This document shows positions 1 to 9,618 of a stretch of 64,000 nt of DNA, piece by piece. Made by a program: the position numbers and the translations under genes. The stretch is from assembly GCA_050633245.1 (NCBI GenBank), contig JBOEGD010000030.1, forward strand, positions 1-64,000. The letters are read 5' to 3'. The notes beneath the pieces are model-generated. The model was not told the DNA's origin. It saw nothing but the letters and a program-made list of their open reading frames with translations, and searched no databases. The stretch's first letter is position 1. The number at the start of each line of letters is the position of its first letter. The DNA comes from Calditrichia bacterium (lineage in GTDB: Bacteria > Calditrichota > Calditrichia > RBG-13-44-9 > J075).

Positions 1-70
1 CACTTTTCACTTTTCACTTTTTACTTTTTACTTTTCACTTTTCACTTTTCACTTTTCACTTTTCACTTTA
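1..70. repeat. Heptamer tandem repeat (CACTTTT)x10, possibly truncated by the window edge
   Basis: Ten 7-mers read directly: CACTTTT x7, TACTTTT x2, final CACTTTA. Confidence 0.95.
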
Positions 71-247
71 TTTTCTGATACCTCACACCTGTATTAGTGA
101 TTTTTTTCGCAAAATTTTATTTCTCGATTCCGCTGACTACCTTAACCCTATACCAAATCCATATATTCTTTAAAGCAACATCGCGCGACCATAAACAAGA
201 CGTCTTGATATATACATCGCTCCTCCAACCAAATGAGGTGATTAATA

Positions 248-1528
248 ATGACGCATTCGGTTCCCATCGTTGCAGTCTTCGGCGGCGCCTGTTCAGGCTC
301 CGAGGCGGCCTTTCAGCTCGCAAGCCGTGGAATTCACGTTGCAGTATTCGAGCAGCAGGCCCTTCCTTACGGTAAAATCGAAGACGGCCTTCCCAAATGG
401 CATGTTAAGCTTCGCGACAAAGAAGAAGGCAAAATAGACTCGCGTCTCAGCCATCCAAACATTCATTTTATTCCCAATACCCGCCTCGGTGGAGATCTGG
501 ATTTTAACGATGTTGTTCACGAGTGGGGATTTTCAGCTGTAATTCTCGCCAGTGGTGCCTGGCGCGATCGCCCGTTACCCGTGGATGGTATTGATGAATT
601 TGAAGAAAGCGGATTTTACTATCAGAACGCATTTGTCGACTGGTTTAATCATAACCACGAGCCGGGCTATAGTCGCAATACCTATCAGGCAACAGATGGC
701 GCCATTGTCGTTGGCGGTGGTTTAGCATCTATAGACGTAGTAAAAATATTAATGCTTGAGACGACCACTGAGGCACTCCGCAAGCGTGGTAAACTAGTCG
801 ACGTTATTAGTTTGGAACATATCGGGATTCCAGCTATGCTGGAGGAGCATGGCCTTACCTTTTCCGAGCTCAATTTGAAAGGCTGCACCCTGTTTTATCG
901 CCGACGCAGTAGCGATATGCCGCTTGCTTCTATTCCTGATGGGGCTGATGAAGCACGCATTGAAAAAGTTAGGCAGGTAAGACAAAAAATATTGCGGTTG
1001 GCACAAGAAAAGTATCTTTTCCGTTTTCAGGAATGCTGCAAACCGGTGGCACCACTTGCTGAGAATGGACGTCTCGGTGGACTGCTCTTTCAAAAAACAG
1101 AGGTTGTGGATGGACGTGTTCAATCGATTGAAAACAGCGAGTTTAAGGTTCATGCCCCGCTGACAATTTCATCTATCGGCAGTATTCCACAACCCATTCG
1201 CGGTATCCCGAGTAAGGGAGAGCTATTTATTGTCCCTGATCATGAAACGGGTCGCGTTGAAGGGTTTGAACATGTTTTTGCAGTTGGTAATGCTGTTACG
1301 GGAACCGGCAATATTCGACAATCAGAACTGCACAGCAGAAGGATAACCACACGAATAATAGATGAGTATTTGAACTGGACGGATAGTTCAGCAGCAGAGA
1401 CCGTGCCCGACAGCACGGTTCTGGAAAAAATTAGAGCCCGACAACATGCCGTTGGTTATCAAAATAATTATCAGGAATGGACAGACCGACACCGGCCCGT
1501 TCGCCTGGAGCATCTACTTGCTCCCTGA
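248..1528 (+). CDS. FAD-dependent oxidoreductase (ferredoxin-NADP+ reductase/adrenodoxin reductase-like)
   Basis: N-terminal Rossmann motif VAVFGGACSGSEAA, second VVGGGLASIDV, YRRR and FAVGNA motifs; SD GAGGT. Confidence 0.75.
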   Translation: MTHSVPIVAVFGGACSGSEAAFQLASRGIHVAVFEQQALPYGKIEDGLPKWHVKLRDKEEGKIDSRLSHPNIHFIPNTRLGGDLDFNDVVHEWGFSAVILASGAWRDRPLPVDGIDEFEESGFYYQNAFVDWFNHNHEPGYSRNTYQATDGAIVVGGGLASIDVVKILMLETTTEALRKRGKLVDVISLEHIGIPAMLEEHGLTFSELNLKGCTLFYRRRSSDMPLASIPDGADEARIEKVRQVRQKILRLAQEKYLFRFQECCKPVAPLAENGRLGGLLFQKTEVVDGRVQSIENSEFKVHAPLTISSIGSIPQPIRGIPSKGELFIVPDHETGRVEGFEHVFAVGNAVTGTGNIRQSELHSRRITTRIIDEYLNWTDSSAAETVPDSTVLEKIRARQHAVGYQNNYQEWTDRHRPVRLEHLLAP

Positions 1529-1999
1529 GTCTATGTTCTTTTCAAATGGCGGTATCGTCTCCAAAAAAGAATATTGTCCGTCTACCAGTTGAAGACAATA
1601 ATGATCGAGGCCATTAGAGATAACCATCATAGGCGCTCGCAAAACAGCATTGTATTGCGCCACCTGCTGAAGTGTTTTGTCTGACAGAGTGATTTCCGGA
1701 GCTTTACACTCTACCACCAAAATCGGCGTCATGTCAGACTTATACACCACAATATCGCAGCGACGGTTAAATCCATATCGCTTTATTCCAACCTCAGTCT
1801 GCGTCAATCCACGTGGATATCCCAACGTTTCATTTAAATAATACGCAACGTGCTGTCGCACCCATTCTTCCGGTGTCAGGGGAACGTATTGCTTCCGATA
1901 TCGATCGAAAACCCTTGGGCGTTTCTCGCTATAGTCAATGCGAATCTCGTATTCAGGAAAATCTAAAACAGGAAAACCTGTTGTATCATCAGAGCTCAG
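1514..1999 (-). CDS. Stand-alone type I restriction enzyme HsdR N-terminal-like (HSDR_N_2) PD-(D/E)xK nuclease; probable CTG start at 1999
   Basis: RRCDIVVY..ILVVECKA..Q..Y motif. The in-frame extension upstream of the GTG at 1861 encodes LDFPEY..VFDRYRKQYVPLTPEEWVRQ, typical of the family. GGAGGA lies 6 nt before the CTG. Confidence 0.8.
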   Translation of the reverse strand: MSSDDTTGFPVLDFPEYEIRIDYSEKRPRVFDRYRKQYVPLTPEEWVRQHVAYYLNETLGYPRGLTQTEVGIKRYGFNRRCDIVVYKSDMTPILVVECKAPEITLSDKTLQQVAQYNAVLRAPMMVISNGLDHYCLQLVDGQYSFLETIPPFEKNIDSGSK

Positions 2000-2319
2000 C
2001 GGTAGTCCTCCCGTACCGGTTGGAAAACATCCATCAATACGCAGCGCGAAAGAATACGCGCCGAATGTGGAACATTGGATGGAATGACGGCCATATCGCC
2101 CGGACCTAACAATTTGACTTCACCTCCGACGGTTAATTCGATTTCTCCTTCCGTTATGGCCGCCAAAACCTGTTCATGCGGATGTGAGTGTTCCGGTAAT
2201 ATCGAGCCAGCTTCAATCGTCCAATAAGCAAATGTCATGTTTTGCGAATGCAGAAAGCGCACGTTGAATCCCGGCAACACTTCCCGTTCTGCTAAATCCT
2301 GTAATGCTGTAAAAGCCAT
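1996..2319 (-). CDS. Cupin domain protein
   Basis: HSHPHEQ and PSNVPH cupin motifs; ATG at 2319 preceded by GGAGGT. Confidence 0.9.
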   Translation of the reverse strand: MAFTALQDLAEREVLPGFNVRFLHSQNMTFAYWTIEAGSILPEHSHPHEQVLAAITEGEIELTVGGEVKLLGPGDMAVIPSNVPHSARILSRCVLMDVFQPVREDYR

Positions 2320-2446
2320 ATCACCTCCAGATGAAAATTTATCCACTTAAGGGTTACACTTTGATAATAGTAAACTTTGTCCTACTTTTTCAAACAGTAA
2401 AACAAACGATCTGCTCCGCATATTGTAATAATCAGGATACGCCCCA

Positions 2447-5400
2447 ATGAGACGATATCTGCCATTGATCTGCTTTTTACTATTTGCCGTAGCGCTAAAT
2501 GCACAGCAAGAGACACTGCGCTTTAAAAAATATTCCATCGATGACGGCATGCTACAAAGCACCGTCAACGCTACGCTTCAGGATAGTCGTGGCTTTGTCT
2601 GGTTTGCAACTCAGGTTGGTCTGAATCGTTTCGACGGAAATACCTTCAAAGCCTATAAAAACATCCCCGGTGATTCAACATCGCTCAGTAACAATTGGAT
2701 CTGGATGATTTCAGAGGACAGTCAGCAAAGATTATGGATCGGTACCTTTCATGGCGGCTTAAATCAGTACCGACATGCAACAGATGACTTTCTCCGCTAT
2801 CATTATGTTGAAAATGACACTATTACTCTAAGTAATACCGCCGCCTGGTCAATTTTGGAACGCCCAGACGGTAAGCTTTGGGTTGGATTTGATAAAGACA
2901 TCGCCTTACTCGATCCGGAAAAAAAATCGTTTTATCACATTGATTTACCGGGAGGAAATCATCACGGATTTTCACTCGACGAGGATCGCGATGGCAACAT
3001 CTGGATTGCCAGTACGCTGGGAATTTTCCAAATGCATCCAGCCTCGCACGAATTGACCTACTACCCCTTCTTCCCCGAAACACCCGATCGTTCTTCCGGC
3101 ACAATAACAAGAATGTTATTAGACCGCGAACAGCGCGTTTGGTTTGGTACAAATGAGGGTGTCTATCTTCTAGATGTTTCCGACGTACACCCCAAATATC
3201 GTACGCTGAGCAGTTACCTGGAAAAGAAAAACTATTCGTTTAAATCACCGCAGTTCATCACCTACATGGCCAGATCAAACAATTCTTCGTTTTGGATAGG
3301 AACTCGCGACGGTCTCTACCAAACAACCATAGGAAAATCGGCTGATGAAATATCGGCAAAATATGTGACGCATGATAAAACAAGACCTGGTTCACTCAGC
3401 CACAACTACATCCTTTCGGCATACGAAAACAAAGCCGAGGATCTATGGATAGGAACGCGTAATGGTGTGAATTATTCTCACCCTGCAATGCGAAAGTTCA
3501 AGCACGTTCCCCCTCGGCCTTCTACCCCGGGCGGACTAAACCATCCCAACATCATGACAATTATGGAAGACAGCGATAAAAACTTGTGGGTCGGTACCTA
3601 TGGTGGCGTGAACCTGCTGAATAAAAAGACCAATAAGTATCGGGTTTTTAATCATAGCTCATCAAGTCCAACATCTCTCCCCTATGATTATGTCTTGATT
3701 ATCCGGGAAGATCACCTTGGCAATCTTTGGATCGGGACGAATGGTGGAGGTATAGCGCGCCTCAACCCCGAAGAAAGAAAGCGAGCTGCTTCCGGAAGAC
3801 AGCCGCGCTTTCTTTCATATCGTAGTATAAATAGCGATACAACATCTCCGGCGAGTAACGTAATTTATGCAATTTATCAGGCACCGGACAGCTCACTTTG
3901 GTTTGGTCATGCCGGAGGAATTAGTCTATACAACTATAGCGAAGACAAATTTCAGCGATTCGCAGATGAGACAAATACCAGAGGTCTGGTTCATAGACAC
4001 GTATACAATTTACTCATAGACCGACAGGGGCGTTTTTGGGCAGCGACGGCGAACGGCTTAAACCTTTTCAATTCGGAAACACAGCTATTTGAACCTCACT
4101 TCCATGACCCGAAAAATAAAATGAGCCTTAACAGCAGTTTCATTGTCTCGCTTTTCGAAAGCAAAGCCGGGGAGCTTTGGGTTACAACATCTACAGGACT
4201 GAATAAATTGCTCAGAGAAACCGGTAAAAAAGGAGAACTGCAATTCCAGCGAATCAGCGTGCAGGATGGATTACCTGACGGGTTTGTTTACTGCATGCTG
4301 GAAGACCAATCCGGAAATCTATGGGTGAGTGCAAACAAAGGACTAACCCGCATAACTATTTCAGATAGTCTGCCAAAAATGCTTTCCTATTCTGTCGAAG
4401 ATGGATTGCAGAGCAACGAATTTAGTCAAAACGCTGCATATCTTGCAAAGGATGGCCGTATGTATTTTGGGGGGATCAATGGCTACAACGTTTTTCATCC
4501 GGACAGTATCCAAAATGATGAGACGCCACCGAACATAGCTCTTACCGATTTTAAGATTCTAAATGAGTCGGTTGCTACTAGCATAAATGGAGAAACACCT
4601 TTAAACAGTCCGATAAACGAGACAGACAAAATAGAGCTCTCCTATCGAGATGATGTTATTTCATTTGAATTTTCAGCGCTCAGCTATGCCAGTCCGCATA
4701 AAAACCACTACGCATACAAAATGGAGGGTTTTGATCATGACTGGATTATGTCTGGCAATCGACGCTTCGCCACGTATACCAACCTGGATCCAGGGGACTA
4801 TACATTTCGCGTTAAGGGCAGCAATAGCGACAATATCTGGAATGAAGAAGGCACAACGCTGAATATTACCATAACGCCACCACCATGGAAAACCTGGTGG
4901 GCCTACCTGCTTTATAGCTGTCTCTGTTTGGGATTAGTGCTCAGCTATGTTCAGTTTCAAATACGCAAAGAGCGACGCATTCGTGAAGAGAAGATACGAA
5001 TTCAACAGGCGAAGATTGAGGAACGAGAACGCGTGCGTAAAGAAAGCTCAGCAGACTTTCACGATGAAGCGGGCAATATCATTACTAAAATCAAGCTCTT
5101 TACCGAACTGGCTCGACGTAAATCGATTAAGGATGAACAGCTGGGCGAATACCTGCAAAAAATTGATGAGCATACCAAAACACTCTCCAGCGGAATGCGC
5201 GACTTTATTTGGGTGCTCGACCCGGAAAAAGACTCTCTTTATGAGACTATATTACGACTCAAAGATTTTGGAAATTCGATGTATGAGCATAGTGACTATC
5301 ATTTCACAACTGTTGGTCCGGAAGCGTCGATGCGTGAAGAAACGCTAACACTACTGCAGCGACGTTCAATTATACTGATCTTTAAAGAAGCTATGAACAA

Positions 5401-5653
5401 TTGTCTGAAGTATGCATCTGGTAAAACCGTCGTGTTATCCGCTATCTTGACGCATCGAGAATTGATGATCGAATTTAAAGACGATGGTAGGGGATTCGAT
5501 GCAAAGGAGAAAAAAAGCGGCTATGGTTTAAAGAACATGCGAAATCGCGCTGAAAAGATTGGAGCAAAACTGGATATTTCTTCTGAGAATGGTCTGGGAA
5601 CTGCCGTTCGGCTTAGTTTATTGCTGTCTAAAAATGGAGAAGTGATATTATGA
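2447..5653 (+). CDS. Sensor histidine kinase: signal peptide, Reg_prop beta-propeller repeats, Y_Y_Y domain, TM helix, HisKA_3, HATPase
   Basis: Repeated EDxxGxLWIGT motifs, YTNLDPGDYTFRVK, PPPWKTWWAY, DFHDE H-box, EAMNNCLKYA, DDGRGF, GYGLKNM. Confidence 0.93.
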   Translation: MRRYLPLICFLLFAVALNAQQETLRFKKYSIDDGMLQSTVNATLQDSRGFVWFATQVGLNRFDGNTFKAYKNIPGDSTSLSNNWIWMISEDSQQRLWIGTFHGGLNQYRHATDDFLRYHYVENDTITLSNTAAWSILERPDGKLWVGFDKDIALLDPEKKSFYHIDLPGGNHHGFSLDEDRDGNIWIASTLGIFQMHPASHELTYYPFFPETPDRSSGTITRMLLDREQRVWFGTNEGVYLLDVSDVHPKYRTLSSYLEKKNYSFKSPQFITYMARSNNSSFWIGTRDGLYQTTIGKSADEISAKYVTHDKTRPGSLSHNYILSAYENKAEDLWIGTRNGVNYSHPAMRKFKHVPPRPSTPGGLNHPNIMTIMEDSDKNLWVGTYGGVNLLNKKTNKYRVFNHSSSSPTSLPYDYVLIIREDHLGNLWIGTNGGGIARLNPEERKRAASGRQPRFLSYRSINSDTTSPASNVIYAIYQAPDSSLWFGHAGGISLYNYSEDKFQRFADETNTRGLVHRHVYNLLIDRQGRFWAATANGLNLFNSETQLFEPHFHDPKNKMSLNSSFIVSLFESKAGELWVTTSTGLNKLLRETGKKGELQFQRISVQDGLPDGFVYCMLEDQSGNLWVSANKGLTRITISDSLPKMLSYSVEDGLQSNEFSQNAAYLAKDGRMYFGGINGYNVFHPDSIQNDETPPNIALTDFKILNESVATSINGETPLNSPINETDKIELSYRDDVISFEFSALSYASPHKNHYAYKMEGFDHDWIMSGNRRFATYTNLDPGDYTFRVKGSNSDNIWNEEGTTLNITITPPPWKTWWAYLLYSCLCLGLVLSYVQFQIRKERRIREEKIRIQQAKIEERERVRKESSADFHDEAGNIITKIKLFTELARRKSIKDEQLGEYLQKIDEHTKTLSSGMRDFIWVLDPEKDSLYETILRLKDFGNSMYEHSDYHFTTVGPEASMREETLTLLQRRSIILIFKEAMNNCLKYASGKTVVLSAILTHRELMIEFKDDGRGFDAKEKKSGYGLKNMRNRAEKIGAKLDISSENGLGTAVRLSLLLSKNGEVIL

Positions 5654-5729
5654 TCAAGGTGAGGCGGTCTTATAAGTTGTTCAATGGAGCCATCTTTTGA
5701 GACAACAGAAACAGATTTTGAATTTTATC

Positions 5730-5972
5730 AACAGGCGCAGTTTAGGATTTTATCAACAGGAGCAGTTTTGAAAACTGCTCCTGTTTTTGGAAAAGACGCG
5801 AAATTTTGAACTATTTTTTCTCAAAGCCATATTGGAGCATTGTCAGAATGGAGCAGTCTTGGGAGCTCGATAGTCTGTACTATATTATAGAAAAGACGCG
5901 AAATTTTGAACTATTTTTTCTCAAAGCCATATTGGAGCATTGTCAGAATGGAGCAGTCTTTATTCTAAAAAA
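5730..5972 (+). repeat. Modular repeat element, locus 1: half-site, 31-bp palindrome and a 71-bp direct repeat x2 containing the 26-bp core
   Basis: AACAGGAGCAGTTTT-G-AAAACTGCTCCTGTT at 5755-5785; 5790-5860 identical to 5890-5960; cores at 5833-5858 and 5933-5958. Confidence 0.92.
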
Positions 5973-6005
5973 TAAACAAAGTTTTGAAATCTTTTTATTT
6001 TTGCG

Positions 6006-6028
6006 AAATACCGCATATGGGGAATTGA
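6006..6028 (+). promoter_or_regulatory. Putative NarL/LuxR-type operator, copy 1
   Basis: AAATACCGCATATGGGGAATTGA, identical to 7629-7651; imperfect 7-2-7 inverted repeat 30 nt upstream of the response regulator. Confidence 0.6.
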
Positions 6029-6058
6029 ATTTCCGTTTTCGAAGTTGTATGTTTCTTT

Positions 6059-6688
6059 ATGTCTGATCCCGTGATATCCGTTGCAATCGTAGAAGACGAT
6101 CGCGAAATACGCGATCTACTTACGCTAATCATCGATAGCTCGCCAGGTTTTACCTGCAAGCAATCGTTCAATGATTGCGAAAGTGCTATTGAACCCATTC
6201 TGGCAGAAACACCGCAGGTTGTTTTGATGGATATCGACCTGCCGGGCATGTCAGGAATTAATGGCGTTGCAGCTCTCAAAGAAAAACTTCTGGCCACAGA
6301 TTTTATTATGCTAACTATCAAGGAAGATGACGATTCGATATTCGATTCTCTTTGCGCTGGTGCAACCGGCTATCTCCTGAAAGACACAGGACCAGCGGAT
6401 CTCTTACTGGCAATCCGTGAGGTGGTAGATGGCGGATCGCCAATGAGTGCAGGCATAGCACGCCGGGTAACCAACTCATTTAAGCGCTCAACCGATTCTC
6501 CCCTAACCACTCGAGAAACAGAAGTTTTAAATATGTTATGCGACGGGAAGAATTACAAAGAAATCGCCACTGACATGTTTATCAGCGGCGATACGGTGCG
6601 AGTGCACATTAAAAATATATATCGGAAGCTTCAGGTAAACTCCCGCGGCCAGGCGGTCAAAAAGGCAATCAAAGATCGCCTGGTTTAG
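6059..6688 (+). CDS. NarL/FixJ-family response regulator (REC + LuxR HTH)
   Basis: IVEDD, LMDIDLPGMSG, GATGYLLK, LTTRETEVL, TVRVHIKNIYRKL. Confidence 0.95.
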   Translation: MSDPVISVAIVEDDREIRDLLTLIIDSSPGFTCKQSFNDCESAIEPILAETPQVVLMDIDLPGMSGINGVAALKEKLLATDFIMLTIKEDDDSIFDSLCAGATGYLLKDTGPADLLLAIREVVDGGSPMSAGIARRVTNSFKRSTDSPLTTRETEVLNMLCDGKNYKEIATDMFISGDTVRVHIKNIYRKLQVNSRGQAVKKAIKDRLV

Positions 6689-7452
6689 CCCTTCAGGTTT
6701 TCTACTTTCATCTCAGCTTTTTTCCGTAATTCAATCGGTTTTTTACGCGACTTGCGTAATCGAATATTCAGCATTTCTACAAGAAGCGAGAACGCCATTG
6801 CAAAGTAGATGTAGCCTTTCGGCACATGCATTCCAAACCCTTCGGCAAAGAGCATTACACCGACCAAAATAAGAAAGCTTAACGCCAACATTTTAATGGT
6901 CGGGTGCTTCTCCACAAAATCACCTATCGCATTCGCACCCAACATCATTACGCCAACCGAGATCAAAATTGCAATTACCATAACAGAGATATGGTCGACC
7001 AAGCCAACCGCGGTAATAACAGAATCCAATGAGAATACCAGGTCGATCAAGGCAATTTGTACCAGCACACTTGCCATCGTCACTGTGCCACTACTACCAT
7101 GATGCCCTTCTTCGCCCTCAAGACTATTATGAATTTCATGGGTGCTCTTAGCCAGTAAAAATAAACCACCGACAATGAGAATCAAGTCTCTTCCGGATAT
7201 AGCTTTTCCCATGATCTCAAAAAATGGCTCAACCAGTCCCATTACCCATGATATTGCAAACAGCAACATAAGCCGAGTAAGCATTGCGAATCCAAGTCCG
7301 AGCATCCGTCCCTTGGCACGCTGCTCTTCAGGCAGTTTTCCAGACAAAATCGAGATAAAAATAATGTTATCAATACCAAGTACAATTTCCAAAGCTGTCA
7401 ATGTGGCCAATGCAATCCAGGCTTCGGGAGATGAAATCCACGAAAAGTCCAT
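6685..7452 (-). CDS. TerC family membrane protein
   Basis: LEIVLGIDNIIFI and DLVFSLDSVITAVG signatures. Confidence 0.93.
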   Translation of the reverse strand: MDFSWISSPEAWIALATLTALEIVLGIDNIIFISILSGKLPEEQRAKGRMLGLGFAMLTRLMLLFAISWVMGLVEPFFEIMGKAISGRDLILIVGGLFLLAKSTHEIHNSLEGEEGHHGSSGTVTMASVLVQIALIDLVFSLDSVITAVGLVDHISVMVIAILISVGVMMLGANAIGDFVEKHPTIKMLALSFLILVGVMLFAEGFGMHVPKGYIYFAMAFSLLVEMLNIRLRKSRKKPIELRKKAEMKVENLKG

Positions 7453-7628
7453 AGCATCCTCGTATGTTTTAGAATAGTCGTTTTAGATAAACAGTCATGC
7501 TTATGACCGGCACAAATGTATTAAGTAACACTTGAATTTTCAAATGTCCAAAGTTGAAAATCTGCTCCCCGGAACAAAACACAGCACCCAAACCACTGTT
7601 TTTAAAAGACGTAAGAACCGAAAATTAA

Positions 7629-7651
7629 AAATACCGCATATGGGGAATTGA
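7629..7651 (+). promoter_or_regulatory. Putative NarL/LuxR-type operator, copy 2
   Basis: Exact 23-bp match to 6006-6028, 72 nt upstream of the 7724 gene. Confidence 0.6.
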
Positions 7652-7723
7652 TTCAACCACTATACTCACACTACCTTTTTAAAGACCTCAATCCACAATT
7701 TCTATTAAAAAGGGAGACTCATA

Positions 7724-8602
7724 ATGAATTATCGCTACTATGCAATTTTTTTTGCAATCATATTATTTTCCACGTTCTCGGCTGCTCAAAATGAGATATT
7801 AAATTCAGGGTTTGAAAACTGGACAAATGGAGAGCCTGACAATTGGGTGACAACAAATATTCCCGGCTTGGTTACTACGATCTCAGAATCAAATGATGCC
7901 AACTCTGGAAACTCATCGCTAAAGGGTGAAATCGGAAGTTTCCAGGGTAATCCGTTCGGTCCGGCCATTCAAGCAAGTCAGGGGTTTGGAATACCCATTT
8001 TGAATATCACCCAGAACTATACCCAACTTACCGGCTACTATAAGGTTAATGTAACACCCGGAACAGTTGTCGTTGTAATATCGAACCTCTCGGATGCCAA
8101 TTTCGGACTCGTTGCAAGTATGATTGACACACTTCCGGTCTCGGCAACCAGCTGGCAGCAGTTTACTCTGGATTACGATTATTCCAATACGTCAGGGGAA
8201 CAGGCGATTACGGCGACGCTTCAAATTGCACTGGGATCGGATGGAGCAGGTTTTCAAATCGGCGATTTCTTCCTGCTGGATGACATTGCTCTGATCAATC
8301 AGGTTGGAATTGAGCCGATAGACAACGCAGGTGTTGCCACAGAGTTTCAGCTGAGTCAGAACTATCCGAATCCGTTTAACCCAACCACAAATATTCGCTT
8401 TTCTCTCGGCAACTCCGGACACGCTTCACTGATTGTATATGATCTGCTCGGCAAAGAAGTCGCGCGAATAGTCGACGAGCAGTTGGCAGCAGGAAGCTAC
8501 GTCGCAGATTGGAACGCAACATCGTTACCGAGTGGAACCTATTTTTATACGTTGACTGCCAATGGGCAACGACAAAGCCGCAAACTGATGTTATTAAAAT
8601 AA
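7724..8602 (+). CDS. Secreted protein with a carbohydrate-binding-like N-domain and a C-terminal secretion sorting (T9SS-A/FlgD-like) domain
   Basis: Signal peptide, NSGFENW, FQLSQNYPNPFNPTT...LPSGTYFY..RKLMLLK; SD GGGAG. Confidence 0.85.
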   Translation: MNYRYYAIFFAIILFSTFSAAQNEILNSGFENWTNGEPDNWVTTNIPGLVTTISESNDANSGNSSLKGEIGSFQGNPFGPAIQASQGFGIPILNITQNYTQLTGYYKVNVTPGTVVVVISNLSDANFGLVASMIDTLPVSATSWQQFTLDYDYSNTSGEQAITATLQIALGSDGAGFQIGDFFLLDDIALINQVGIEPIDNAGVATEFQLSQNYPNPFNPTTNIRFSLGNSGHASLIVYDLLGKEVARIVDEQLAAGSYVADWNATSLPSGTYFYTLTANGQRQSRKLMLLK

Positions 8603-8716
8603 ATGGGTAATCCCGGCGAAGTTAGAGGACAATTAACGGGCGTGCGAACCCTTCTGAAGACTCCGCCGGGAAAGCCTTTTCTTAACAAGTTTCAAAAGTC
8701 TAATTGAGGAGAAATC

Positions 8717-9163
8717 ATGAAAAAGTTTATGTTTCAGTTTGTCATTTTTACTTTAGCAGCTCTGCTATTCGCCGGCTGCTCATCCGATTCAACTGGTAGC
8801 AATGGGGATGTCGACGAGTTCAGCGACGTAGTGGGCACCTGGAACTGTACATCATTTGTCTATACCAGTGTTGCAAATTCCAGTCTAACGGATGATATTA
8901 AAACCTCGCAGGGTCTAAGCTATTCAATTACCATTCAGGAAAATGGTGCTTATACCATTACTGTTTCAGTTCAAGGGGTTCCACCACAAACAATAACCGG
9001 TCAAATGGCAACTGGTACAAATGGAGAGTTCTCAACCGGCGACCCGGACGTTCGCGTTACGCGTAGTGGAAATCAACTAATTTTTGATGACTCGAATGAA
9101 ACACATGATTTTGGATCAGGCTCCGAAGCAGCAACACTCAAAGTAATATACACAAAACAATAA
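8717..9163 (+). CDS. Lipoprotein, lipocalin-like beta-barrel
   Basis: Lipobox FAGC, VVGTW motif; SD GAGGAG. Confidence 0.75.
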   Translation: MKKFMFQFVIFTLAALLFAGCSSDSTGSNGDVDEFSDVVGTWNCTSFVYTSVANSSLTDDIKTSQGLSYSITIQENGAYTITVSVQGVPPQTITGQMATGTNGEFSTGDPDVRVTRSGNQLIFDDSNETHDFGSGSEAATLKVIYTKQ

Positions 9164-9174
9164 TCGAGCGTACG

Positions 9175-9531
9175 ATGTCTGAGCAAAAAAAACTACCAGT
9201 CAGCGGGCTAATCGCCCGCATTTTAGGTGGATTAAATGCTGGTCCACAAATCTTGTTCTTAATGCTAACGCTGGATAATCCGTTTGGCGGAGGCAACCCA
9301 CAGCGCGCCAAGTTTATGAGTGTTTGGTTACTTCTCGGGCTACTGGGTTATGTATTGGCATGGAAAAAACCGGCGTTTGGAGGCATAGCGATGGTATTCA
9401 GCGGAGTTGCTATTCTCGTGACTTATTTCATTACCGCAGACCCAGAAGCGCTTACCAGCACCCTCACTCCATTTTATCTTAACTTGCCGACCATTCTAAT
9501 TGGCGCATTATTCATCTACTCCTCCCGATAA
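9175..9531 (+). CDS. Small 4-TM membrane protein, function unknown
   Basis: Four hydrophobic segments; 11 nt after the previous gene. Confidence 0.7.
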   Translation: MSEQKKLPVSGLIARILGGLNAGPQILFLMLTLDNPFGGGNPQRAKFMSVWLLLGLLGYVLAWKKPAFGGIAMVFSGVAILVTYFITADPEALTSTLTPFYLNLPTILIGALFIYSSR

Positions 9532-9535
9532 CGAT

Positions 9536-9571
9536 TTACATTGGATAGCAGAATTCCGCTATTCAATGTAA
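9536..9571. other. 14-bp inverted repeat (terminator-like or operator)
   Basis: TTACATTGGATAGC-N8-GCTATTCAATGTAA with one G-U pair; no U-tract. Confidence 0.5.
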
Positions 9572-9618
9572 CATTCCCGATCAAAAAGCGTTATATTCTC
9601 GTGCTGGAGGAATAGAAC

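Noticed and set aside
1514-1999. Type I restriction-modification system
   Set aside because: Only the small nuclease-like domain is present; no helicase, hsdM or hsdS nearby.
5790-5960. Repeat-spacer-repeat as a mini CRISPR array
   Set aside because: The repeat is 71 bp, there are only two units, the 'spacer' is homologous to that at 51340, and no cas genes are present.
5806-6066. 86-aa ORF across the repeat (also 53128-53346)
   Set aside because: Chance reading frames through repeat DNA with no SD or protein-like motif.
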